DNA of 64,000 bases from Planctomycetota bacterium (GTDB taxonomy: Bacteria; Planctomycetota; B15-G4; JADJEK01): positions 93,095 to 157,094 of the forward strand of contig JBGAIQ010000010.1 in the NCBI GenBank assembly GCA_044225365.1, given 5' to 3'. The notes below the pieces were generated by a model, which was not told the DNA's origin, did not search any database, and saw only the letters and a list, made by a program, of their open reading frames with translations. Positions 19,249-27,695 of this stretch are shown in pieces; within the stretch, counting starts at the first letter, position 1, and the number at the start of each line of letters is the position of its first letter. The translations under genes and the position numbers were made by a program.

Positions 19249-20799
19249 TCAGCGCAGGACGCGGACCTCGAGCTTCGTGATGCGCATCTGCGCGCCGGTC
19301 GGCACGATGAGTCCGAACGCCCCGCGGCGCTGCATCGTCCACGGGATGTCCCAGTCGAGGAGGGGAACGTCGTTGCCTTCGGTCTTTACGAGCAACTTGC
19401 TGCCGATCATCGAGGCCGTGACGTGCACCGCCTGGTCGGCCGGGAATTTCGAGTCGTCGGGGATGAGGAACGTCGGCACCGTTTGGTCGACGTTGCGACC
19501 GACGCGGTAACCCGTGAGGAGCGTGCCGGCACCGCGGGTGATCACCATATCGACGACGAAGTCGCGCCACTTCTCCTTGTCGCCGACCGTCATGACGGCC
19601 TTGACCTTCTGGCCCTTGCTCTCGTCGGGGCCGATGAGGGTCATGACGCCGCCGTTGGTCGCGTGCGAGAAACCCGCCAGTTCGTCCGTACAGTTCCAGT
19701 CCTGCTTCACCGCGTCCGCGAGCAGATCTCGCCGCGGGGCGGCCGCGATCTTCGCGTCGGTGAAGAACTGCTTGCAGTATCCATCCGACTCCGCGATCGT
19801 CTGCTGGAAGATCGTCTCGAAGCTCGACTGCGCGGCGGCGTCCTTGTCGTTCGCGGCCTTCTCGAGCAACGCACGGATCTCGTCTTCGGCGTTCTTGTAC
19901 TTCTCGAGGATGCCCTTGTCGTCGGTCGGGTTCTGCGTCGCAAAGCCCTTCGCATCCGACTGCAGCTTCTGGGCGTAGGTCTGGTTCACCGACTTGCGAA
20001 TCGCCTTGAGACGCGCCTCGCCGTCGGGCAGAGCGCCAACCTTCGACTCGAGACGATCGATCTTGCGGCGAATCTCGACGAGTGCCGGAAGCGGCTGCAG
20101 GATCGCATCGCGACCGAGAGTCTCGACCTCGAGCAATGCCTTCTGGATCTCGCTCACTTCCATGTCGCGTTCGAGGGTCGCCTTCGCACGGGCCGCGAGG
20201 TTCGACATCTCGCCCGAGATCTCCGTACCGCTCCAGAGTTCACGATCCGCGTTGTACCGCGCGATCAGGGTTTGGGCGTCGCTCGGCTTCGCCATATCGA
20301 GCGCTCGCATCTCCTTGATGAAGCCGTCGATCTTCGCTTTGTAGTCCTTTGCTTCCTTCTCCTGCGCCGCGACCTTCATGTTGCGATAGACCCATACGCC
20401 CACGCAGCCAAGGGTGACGAAGAGCGCGATGACGAGACCGATCTTCGACGCGGTGTTGAGGAGCGGCTTGGGCTCGCGGCGATGCGGCACTCGTCGGCCT
20501 TCGTTGCCGGCGCGGTCATCGCGATGCGCGCGCTCGCCGCGGCGCTGTTCGGGCTCGGCACGCTTCGCGGCGGGACGTTCGGCCCGCGCGGGCGCGGGCG
20601 CCGCGGCCTTCGGCTTCGGTGGCTCGGCGACGGCGGCCGTGGGCTGCGGCTTCTGGGCTCCACCCGCCGCATTGCGCTTCGCGGCTTCCTTGTCGCGACG
20701 GCGCTTCTCGGTGCAATCCGCGCAGAGGATTCGCGACGATGCGACTTCGGCATCGGGCTTCTGCTTGAAGAGAGTTCCGCAGTTTTCGCAGGTGAGCAC
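19249..20799 (-). CDS. Bitopic membrane protein: N-terminal Zn-ribbon, Ala/Pro linker, TM helix, helical and beta-rich periplasmic region
   Basis: CENCG...CADC at the N-terminus; TM IGLVIALFVTLGCVGVWVY; GAGG RBS and GTG start. Confidence 0.8.
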   Translation of the reverse strand: MLTCENCGTLFKQKPDAEVASSRILCADCTEKRRRDKEAAKRNAAGGAQKPQPTAAVAEPPKPKAAAPAPARAERPAAKRAEPEQRRGERAHRDDRAGNEGRRVPHRREPKPLLNTASKIGLVIALFVTLGCVGVWVYRNMKVAAQEKEAKDYKAKIDGFIKEMRALDMAKPSDAQTLIARYNADRELWSGTEISGEMSNLAARAKATLERDMEVSEIQKALLEVETLGRDAILQPLPALVEIRRKIDRLESKVGALPDGEARLKAIRKSVNQTYAQKLQSDAKGFATQNPTDDKGILEKYKNAEDEIRALLEKAANDKDAAAQSSFETIFQQTIAESDGYCKQFFTDAKIAAAPRRDLLADAVKQDWNCTDELAGFSHATNGGVMTLIGPDESKGQKVKAVMTVGDKEKWRDFVVDMVITRGAGTLLTGYRVGRNVDQTVPTFLIPDDSKFPADQAVHVTASMIGSKLLVKTEGNDVPLLDWDIPWTMQRRGAFGLIVPTGAQMRITKLEVRVLR

Positions 20800-20848
20800 G
20801 GTCGTCTACCTCGTCAATCGATCCGAAGCGTTGGGGACGTGAATTCGA

Positions 20849-21793
20849 TCAGGTGGATGGCCCGGCGGTCGGGCCCGACGGCCCCGAGCTTCCGGGCAAT
20901 GGATTGTTCGAGCTCGTTGGGCCGCTCGCAGGGGCGGGTGGCGTCGGCGACATAGGGCGAACGCGGGCGAGCGCCGCGCGATCTCGCAGCCGGATGCCGG
21001 TCACGACCGGGCGTGTCTTGAGCGTGAACACGCGATACAGGAACCACATGAGGCCCATCGCGATGATTGCGATGCCAAACGCGTTCGGCGTCGAGTCGAA
21101 GGACTTCTTGAGCGTAGACGGGTCGACGATCTTGAGCGTGCGGCACAGAAGGTACGGCACGGTGATCTTCTTCCCCGCGTCGTTCTCGAACGTGACGGTT
21201 CGATAGAAGACACCCTCGACCTCGACGAGGTCGCGATGGGATTCGATGTCCGGCGGCGGTTCGGGCAAGTCGAACGCGATGCCGTCGGAGGCGTCGGTGT
21301 CGGTCAAGACACCGCGATAGACATCGGAGATGCCCGCCTGCTCAGGATCCTTCAGCTTCTCCGCGCGGCGCCACGCGATGATTCCTCGACGATGGACCAG
21401 CTTGCCCCGATACGCCGCGGGGTCCGCAAGCGCCTGCGCGTAGTCGATCTCCGCCTTGGGTCGCGCGGCGAAATCGGCAACCGAGAACTGCTTCAGCTCA
21501 CGAAGCGCTCGCAGATAGGCGACGGTCTCCGAGAAGTCCGCGCCATCCGTCGCTTCCCGCATGAGATCTGGGAACAACGTCGCCGCATCGGCCAGCGCGA
21601 CGATCGGCGCCGGCTTCTCCTTGGCAGCCTCTTCCTTCTCCTTCCCCGCTCGTTCCCGCGTGTACCACCAACCTCCCACGCCAATGCAGGCGATGATGAG
21701 CACGACGAGAATGTGCCGCCCCGCGCCGACTGGGGGTACCAGACCGGCGGGGGCGGAAGGATCTCTCGATGCGGAGTTGGGAGGTACAGCCAT
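20849..21793 (-). CDS. Hypothetical membrane protein (two TM helices flanking a possible OB-fold-like domain)
   Basis: TM HILVVLIIACIGVGGWWY; ADPAAYRGKLV...DLVEVEGVFYR; second TM near the C-terminus; operon context. Confidence 0.75.
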   Translation of the reverse strand: MAVPPNSASRDPSAPAGLVPPVGAGRHILVVLIIACIGVGGWWYTRERAGKEKEEAAKEKPAPIVALADAATLFPDLMREATDGADFSETVAYLRALRELKQFSVADFAARPKAEIDYAQALADPAAYRGKLVHRRGIIAWRRAEKLKDPEQAGISDVYRGVLTDTDASDGIAFDLPEPPPDIESHRDLVEVEGVFYRTVTFENDAGKKITVPYLLCRTLKIVDPSTLKKSFDSTPNAFGIAIIAMGLMWFLYRVFTLKTRPVVTGIRLRDRAALARVRPMSPTPPAPASGPTSSNNPLPGSSGPSGPTAGPST

Positions 21794-21813
21794 GGGAACC
21801 TACTTCAACGCGA

Positions 21814-22278
21814 TCAACCCGGGCCCTTGGCTCCGAAGGCGAACTCGAGCTTCTCGAGTTGATTGCGTTTGCAGATGTTCACGACGTTCATCACGTCTTT
21901 CCACGGCACTGCGCTTTCCGCGTCGACCGTGACCGGAATCTCAGAAGCCGTCTTACCGAGCTTCAGGAAGTCATCTCGGGATTCCGCGAGGAATCGTTCG
22001 AGCGCTGCGTCGTCGTCGATCGTACGCGCGCCGACAACCCGCTTCGTCTGGGCCTTCTGAGGATCCCAGAACATGGCGATGCGGATTTCCTTGATGATAT
22101 CCGGCGTGGGAGCTCCACCGACGCCCTTGTCCTTCGGCAGCCACGAGTCGAACTTGCCCTCGAGCTGCTTGAACTTGAGCGAACACATGAAGAACACGCA
22201 GAGACAGAAGATCACGTCGACCATCGGCACGACATTGATCGCGACAGGGTTGTCTTTTTGGTCGCCACCACCAGCCAT
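21814..22278 (-). CDS. exbD: ExbD/TolR family biopolymer transport protein
   Basis: INVVPMVDVIFCLCVFFM (conserved TM Asp), VTVDAESAVPWKDVMNVVN; GGAGG RBS. Confidence 0.88.
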   Translation of the reverse strand: MAGGGDQKDNPVAINVVPMVDVIFCLCVFFMCSLKFKQLEGKFDSWLPKDKGVGGAPTPDIIKEIRIAMFWDPQKAQTKRVVGARTIDDDAALERFLAESRDDFLKLGKTASEIPVTVDAESAVPWKDVMNVVNICKRNQLEKLEFAFGAKGPG

Positions 22279-22330
22279 GCTTCAGTCCTCCATTTCAGTC
22301 GGAAACGCAGTCATAGTTGCCAGCAGTCCG

Positions 22331-22864
22331 TCAAGGCATCGGGCGCGCGGCCGCGATCTCGATCTTGTAGATGCCAGCGAGCGCGCAACCCTCGAAGACC
22401 TTTTGGACGTACCCGTAGGTCGAAAGCCCGTCCGCGCGGATCATCACCTTGCGCTTCGAGAGCTTCTTTCCAGAACCGGGGTCGGCCGTGTCTTCGAGTT
22501 CGAGCTGCGCTTCCGCGGTCAGACGATCACCGATCGTTTCCGGGGTGTAGTCCTGGCCACGAATGGTGATGAGCCAATGCCCCGGTTCGCTACAGGTGCC
22601 GTGAGAGATGTACTGCGGGCACTGGACACCTTGGGTCGTTCCAGCGTGATGGATGTTGACCATCGTCACGCCTTCGAGACCCTTCTCGTTCTTGTCTTCC
22701 TTCGCCTGGTCGGCGACCGGAAGCTCCATTTCTTCGAGCTCGCGGTTGCTCATGTCCGCCGAGAGCATGAAGAAGAGGAGCAACAAGAACATGATGTCGA
22801 TCATCGGGATGAGGTTGCAGGCTAGGCCGTCCTCAACCTCGGGCGGCGAAAGGCGACTACTCAT
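22331..22864 (-). CDS. exbD: ExbD/TolR family biopolymer transport protein with Cys/His insert
   Basis: NLIPMIDIMFLLLLFFML, VMIRADGLSTYGYVQKVF. Confidence 0.88.
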   Translation of the reverse strand: MSSRLSPPEVEDGLACNLIPMIDIMFLLLLFFMLSADMSNRELEEMELPVADQAKEDKNEKGLEGVTMVNIHHAGTTQGVQCPQYISHGTCSEPGHWLITIRGQDYTPETIGDRLTAEAQLELEDTADPGSGKKLSKRKVMIRADGLSTYGYVQKVFEGCALAGIYKIEIAAARPMP

Positions 22865-22868
22865 GGGA

Positions 22869-23588
22869 TCAGTGGGCTCCCGCCTTCGCGAAGGACTTGA
22901 TCATCTCGACGGCGCGAAGACTCATCGAGAGACACATACGCGTGACCTTGTTCTTGAACACGAAGTAGAGCGTGAGGAACACGATCGCCACGAACAGACC
23001 CATCGTGGTGTTCACGAGCGATTCGTACACGCCCGACGCGAGGTCGCCAGGGGTCGGCGCCTTCATCTGCTCGATCTTCTGGAACGACGTGATCATGCCG
23101 GTCACGGTGCCGAGGAGACCGAGGAGCGGAGCGACGTTACCGAGCAGCGAGAGGTAGGAGATCTTCGCCTGGAGCTTGAAGCTCTCTTCGGCCGCGGCCT
23201 GTTCGAGAACGCCGACCATGTGCTCGTAACCGGCGTGACGGAAGCGGAGCGCGGAACCGACCAGCGTCGCGATGAACGTCTCGCTCGCGTCACAGACTTC
23301 GATCGCTTCGTCGCAGTTGTTCTCTTCGATGAGCGTCTCGATTTCCTCGAGCGTGTCCGGCGGCGCGAGGACGACCGGGCGGAGATTGACGAAGTGTTCG
23401 ATCGTGAGCGCAACGCCCGCGATCGAAACGCCGACGAGCAACCAACCGACGAATCCCGTCGAGGCGAAGAGCTCGCCGATCGACTTCTTGTTCTTGAGAA
23501 CCACTTCTTCGGCAGCGGCCGTGTCGATCAGCATCAGCGACACGACGATGAGCATGAACAGCACAGTCCAGCGAGCAGAGATACGCAT
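22869..23588 (-). CDS. exbB: MotA/TolQ/ExbB proton channel family protein
   Basis: APLLGLLGTVTGMITSF, LASGVYESLVNTTMGLFVAI; signal-like N-terminus plus 3 TM helices. Confidence 0.92.
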   Translation of the reverse strand: MRISARWTVLFMLIVVSLMLIDTAAAEEVVLKNKKSIGELFASTGFVGWLLVGVSIAGVALTIEHFVNLRPVVLAPPDTLEEIETLIEENNCDEAIEVCDASETFIATLVGSALRFRHAGYEHMVGVLEQAAAEESFKLQAKISYLSLLGNVAPLLGLLGTVTGMITSFQKIEQMKAPTPGDLASGVYESLVNTTMGLFVAIVFLTLYFVFKNKVTRMCLSMSLRAVEMIKSFAKAGAH

Positions 23589-23686
23589 CGAGATCGTCCT
23601 TTCAGAGCGTGGTCAGGTCTTCGAGCGGGTGAACCTTTCGGTTGCGTCGACGAACGCATCACCCGGACTCTCGGATTCCGGATCGG

Positions 23687-24778
23687 TTACTTTTTCTGAG
23701 TCAGAAACTTCGAGTTAGGGAAAGACTTCTTCAACTCCGCCCAGCGGTCATTGCTGCGCTGGCGGTACTGATTCTTGGCATCGTCCGCGGTCTCGAGATC
23801 GGCGAGGAACTGAAACGCCGTGGCGGCTCCCGCCATCGAACGCTCATACTCGGAACTCGGTTCACTCGCAGACGGAGTGTATTGCACGACTCCGCGCAGA
23901 TAGGCGAAGACGGACTCCAGGATGGCATCCGAGCTGCGCGCTTTCTTGCCCTTCTCGAGCAGGATGTCGCCGATGCCGTTCCAGGCCTGCGCGAGTGCGC
24001 GAGCCGGAAGATCCTGCGTGACGATCGCGCGATAAGCCTTCTCGGCGTCATCGACCTTGCCGCCCGCCTGATCGCAGCGCGCCGCGCCGATCTGGCCCTC
24101 GGCGACCAGCGCCGCACGCGTGTCCTTCATCGCGGCGACGGCGCGATAGTCGGCCGCGGCCTTGTCGAGCTTGCCCGAGAGCTCCGCGACGCGCGCGCCG
24201 AGGAGCTTCATCTCGGTGTCGAATCCGGCCGGGAGACCCGCGGCCTTGCCATCCTTGCCGGCCTTGTCGACGATCGCCTGCGCGGCCGCCGCGTCCGGCT
24301 TGGCCAGCGCGGCCTCGACGCCGAGTCGCGTGACATCGACGACGTAGCGGCCCGCGGGGAACTCCGTGCGCAAACGGTCCGCGGCGGCATTCGCCTCGTC
24401 CATCTGTCCGGCGCGGTAGAGGGCCGCGGCCTGACAGAAGAGGGCGCGTTGATGCAGCACGGGGCGCAGCTTCTTGTCGTCGGCCAGCGACTTCAGGATC
24501 TGCGACGCGCTGACCGCATCGCCGGCGCTCAGGGTCTTCATCGCGTCGTCGATCTTCTCGCCACCTTCGTAGGTGATCGAGTCGACCTGGTCCCACGGGA
24601 TGTCGAGCTTCTTCTTCGCCGCCTCGAACTGGAGGACGGCGTAGTCCTCGGACTTGATCTTGCCCTGCTGGGCCTGTCCGTCCTTGGTGCGAACGGTGTC
24701 GTCCGCGAGCGCCGAGGGCGCGAGACTCAGGGCGAGTCCCGAGCACGTCACGAACCAAGCCAACATCACTGTCTTCAT
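23687..24778 (-). CDS. Secreted TPR protein
   Basis: Signal peptide ending ALA-DD; small beta domain DTVRTKDG..QGKI; Ala-rich TPR-like helices; GGAG RBS. Confidence 0.82.
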   Translation of the reverse strand: MKTVMLAWFVTCSGLALSLAPSALADDTVRTKDGQAQQGKIKSEDYAVLQFEAAKKKLDIPWDQVDSITYEGGEKIDDAMKTLSAGDAVSASQILKSLADDKKLRPVLHQRALFCQAAALYRAGQMDEANAAADRLRTEFPAGRYVVDVTRLGVEAALAKPDAAAAQAIVDKAGKDGKAAGLPAGFDTEMKLLGARVAELSGKLDKAAADYRAVAAMKDTRAALVAEGQIGAARCDQAGGKVDDAEKAYRAIVTQDLPARALAQAWNGIGDILLEKGKKARSSDAILESVFAYLRGVVQYTPSASEPSSEYERSMAGAATAFQFLADLETADDAKNQYRQRSNDRWAELKKSFPNSKFLTQKK

Positions 24779-24807
24779 GCGTCCAACTCCGCACCGTGCG
24801 GGATTCA

Positions 24808-27687
24808 TTACTTCGTGACCTTGGTGGCGATGAACTTTGCGAGCGCAACGAACTTATCGCGTAGGCCGTACTTGTTTCCGTCGTAGTCTTGCGAGGTGCG
24901 CTCTACGGCGCGGATCGCGATGTCCGCCTGGTCGTAGATGCCGAGGTCGGCAAGGCACTGGATTTGACCGTACTTGGAATGCCACCAAGCCTCGTAGTCC
25001 TGCCCGACGCTGCGGCAAACCGTCTCGAAGATCTCGCGAGCATGCGAGATGCGATCGTCCTGCTTCTCGCTCTTGCCGATCTCGCGCTCGGCGACGCCCC
25101 ACTCGACGTAGGCGAGGAGCAACTCCTTCTTTGCCGTGAGCGTCGCGGGCTTGATGACGTGCGTCGTCGGATCGACGATCGCTTCGTTCTCGAACAGATG
25201 CTCGAACTGCTTCGCGGCGTCTTCGAAGCGACCGAGGAAGCCGAGCGAGCGAGCGAGCTTCACTTCGGTGCGATAGGACGGCGCGCGGTCGTAGATCGCC
25301 TTGTAGACCCGAACCGCCGACTCGAAGTAGGCCTTGTTCGCGATCTTCTTGAGATCGACGTTGGCCGACGACGTGACCGAGTCGGGCAGATCGTTGAGGA
25401 CGAACGCGAGCGCGTAGACGCGCTCGGCGACTTCGGAGAGCGCGGTCGTGGAGAACGAACGGCTCGCGAGCTGCGGCCGGACGCTCGCTTCGTAGTAGCG
25501 AGCCGCCTTGTCGTACAGCGCGCGCGCTTCCTTCGACTTCGCGTCCTTCGCCACGAGCTCTCCCGCGCGCTTGTCGAACGCGCGAGCGAGGATGCCGGCA
25601 GCCGCGCCCGTCGCGGGCGCATCCGGCTGACCCGCCATCAGCGTGGCGAGCAGCTTCTCGGCATCGTCGAGCTTGCCGAGCTTCTGGAGCGCTTGAATAC
25701 GCAGACGCCACACGGAGGTCAGCTTGTCGGCGTCGCCCTTGGCGTCGGCCTCCGCGCCGTCGAGCAGCGCGAGCGCGTCCTTGTCCTTCGCCATGACCTC
25801 CATCAGGTACAGATTGGCGAGGGAGACTCGGGCCTCGAACGAGACGCGGTCGAGATTGGCGAGCGCGTTGGAGTCGAGGGTCTTCTGACGCGCGGGAGCG
25901 ATCGCGTCGATCGACTTCTTGAGGTACTCCTCGCTCTTCTGGAGCATCGCCTTCGCCTCGGCGTCCTTCTTCTCCGAGACGAGGCGCTGCCCGTCGCGGA
26001 GGAAGCAGTAGCCGGCGCGATACATCGCTTCTTCGTAAGCGGAGGCGCCCGCGAGGACCTTCATGTACGCGGTCGCCGCGTCTGCGTAGCGCTTCTCCGT
26101 CTCGAGCTGTCGCCCTTCGATGAGCTGCGCCTGGCTCGCGGCGGGATGCTTCGGATACTCGCGCGCGATCCGCGACAATCGCTCATCGATTCGGCGCTTG
26201 TAGAACGGCTTCTTCTCGAGCGCCTTCAATTGCATGTCGACCTGGATCGCCTGCCACAGTCCTTCGGGCGCGTCATCCGTGCCCGCGGCGATCACCGCGA
26301 GCTGGTCGTACGCCGCTGCGGCTTCGTGCAGGAAGTTCTTGCGTTGATAGAGGGAGCCGAGGCGCAGCAGTGCCTGCGCTCCGCCCGGCTTCGAGCCCTG
26401 GCGGCCCGGATCGTAGATCGCCTTGCGACAGGTCTCGATCGCCTCGTCGATCTCGCCGCGCGAAGCCTGGGCGTCGGCGAGCTGGAGGAGGTCGGTGACA
26501 CCCAGGGCCGGAGCCGCGCCGCCGCCGCCGCCCTTCGCGAGGATCTCGCGAGCGCGCGCCGCGAAGCGGCCGGTCTTGTCCTGATCCATGATCTCGCGAG
26601 CGGACTTCTCGGCCTGATCGGTCTTGCCGGCCGCGTTCAGCGAGTCGACGAGCGCGAGCTTCACCGCGTAGTAGGCGTCGGGATTGGTGTCCGGCACGGT
26701 CGTCTTGATGAAGTCCTCCGCCGTCGCGATCGCCTCGGCGGGCTGCTTCAGCGTGTCGAGGAGCTTCATCTTCTGCACGACGCCGTTGGAGACGATCTCG
26801 ATGCCCTCGGGCGGCATCTCGTAGCGGCCCTTGTTGTCCTGCGGCCAGCTCTCGCGGACCTTGATCGCCTCGTCGAGCGTGAGCAATGCGTCGTCGTTCT
26901 TGCCGAGTTCGATCTCGCAGAGGGCCTGCAGGACCTGGCCCTCGAAGCAGACGAGCGTATCGTTGTGATCGAGCGTGAACTGCTGGAAGGCTTCGATCGC
27001 CTCACCCAGGATCTGCTCGCGGCCGAGATCGTTCGGCTTGTAGAGCAGGCTGCGGAAATAACGCAGACGGGCGAGGTTGTACTTCGCCATCACGTACTGC
27101 TGCTCGACCGTCGCCGCGTTCTTCTCGTCGAGCGTCTGACTGCGCAGGTCGTCGAGCGTCGCGACTTCCGCGATCAGTCCCTTCATGCCGTCGAGGAACA
27201 TCTGCTTCGCTTCGCCCTCGAGCTTCGCGACCTTCGCAGCATCCTTCTCGGCCTTGATCGTTGCGATCGTCGCCTCGGCGAGGAGGCGGTAGGCGAGCGG
27301 CATGTTGGCGCGCAGCGTCGGCGTCACCGGCGAATCGGGGTTCTTCGCGATGAAGTCCTGGCGAGCCGTCAGATTCGCGCGCAGGACTTCCATGCGCTTC
27401 TGCGGATCGGGATCGCGCGATGCCTTGTCGGCGTCGACGTCGAGCATGAGCGCGGAGGCACCCATACGTTCGGCGTCGGAGGAGTCCGGACTCTTGAGGA
27501 GCGCGTCGCAAACCTTCGAGGCGAGATCGTGATACCCCACCTCGAGCAGACGCCGAGCGAAGTACACGTCATCGCGGCCGAGGATGCCGGTCGGATCTCC
27601 GGCGAGCGCGCCGGAGGACATCGCGAACGCAGCGAGGCACAGCGACAAGCCGGCCTGCGCCGCGCGCAGGCTGCGCGAAGCGGACAT
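24808..27687 (-). CDS. Large secreted TPR/alpha-solenoid protein (~960 aa)
   Basis: Signal peptide ending ALA-GD; repeated TPR-like units (ALLRLGSLY, AMYRAGYCF, ARVSLANLY); alternative GTG start 27699 overlaps the upstream stop. Confidence 0.85.
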   Translation of the reverse strand: MSASRSLRAAQAGLSLCLAAFAMSSGALAGDPTGILGRDDVYFARRLLEVGYHDLASKVCDALLKSPDSSDAERMGASALMLDVDADKASRDPDPQKRMEVLRANLTARQDFIAKNPDSPVTPTLRANMPLAYRLLAEATIATIKAEKDAAKVAKLEGEAKQMFLDGMKGLIAEVATLDDLRSQTLDEKNAATVEQQYVMAKYNLARLRYFRSLLYKPNDLGREQILGEAIEAFQQFTLDHNDTLVCFEGQVLQALCEIELGKNDDALLTLDEAIKVRESWPQDNKGRYEMPPEGIEIVSNGVVQKMKLLDTLKQPAEAIATAEDFIKTTVPDTNPDAYYAVKLALVDSLNAAGKTDQAEKSAREIMDQDKTGRFAARAREILAKGGGGGAAPALGVTDLLQLADAQASRGEIDEAIETCRKAIYDPGRQGSKPGGAQALLRLGSLYQRKNFLHEAAAAYDQLAVIAAGTDDAPEGLWQAIQVDMQLKALEKKPFYKRRIDERLSRIAREYPKHPAASQAQLIEGRQLETEKRYADAATAYMKVLAGASAYEEAMYRAGYCFLRDGQRLVSEKKDAEAKAMLQKSEEYLKKSIDAIAPARQKTLDSNALANLDRVSFEARVSLANLYLMEVMAKDKDALALLDGAEADAKGDADKLTSVWRLRIQALQKLGKLDDAEKLLATLMAGQPDAPATGAAAGILARAFDKRAGELVAKDAKSKEARALYDKAARYYEASVRPQLASRSFSTTALSEVAERVYALAFVLNDLPDSVTSSANVDLKKIANKAYFESAVRVYKAIYDRAPSYRTEVKLARSLGFLGRFEDAAKQFEHLFENEAIVDPTTHVIKPATLTAKKELLLAYVEWGVAEREIGKSEKQDDRISHAREIFETVCRSVGQDYEAWWHSKYGQIQCLADLGIYDQADIAIRAVERTSQDYDGNKYGLRDKFVALAKFIATKVTK

Positions 27688-27695
27688 GGGCGACC

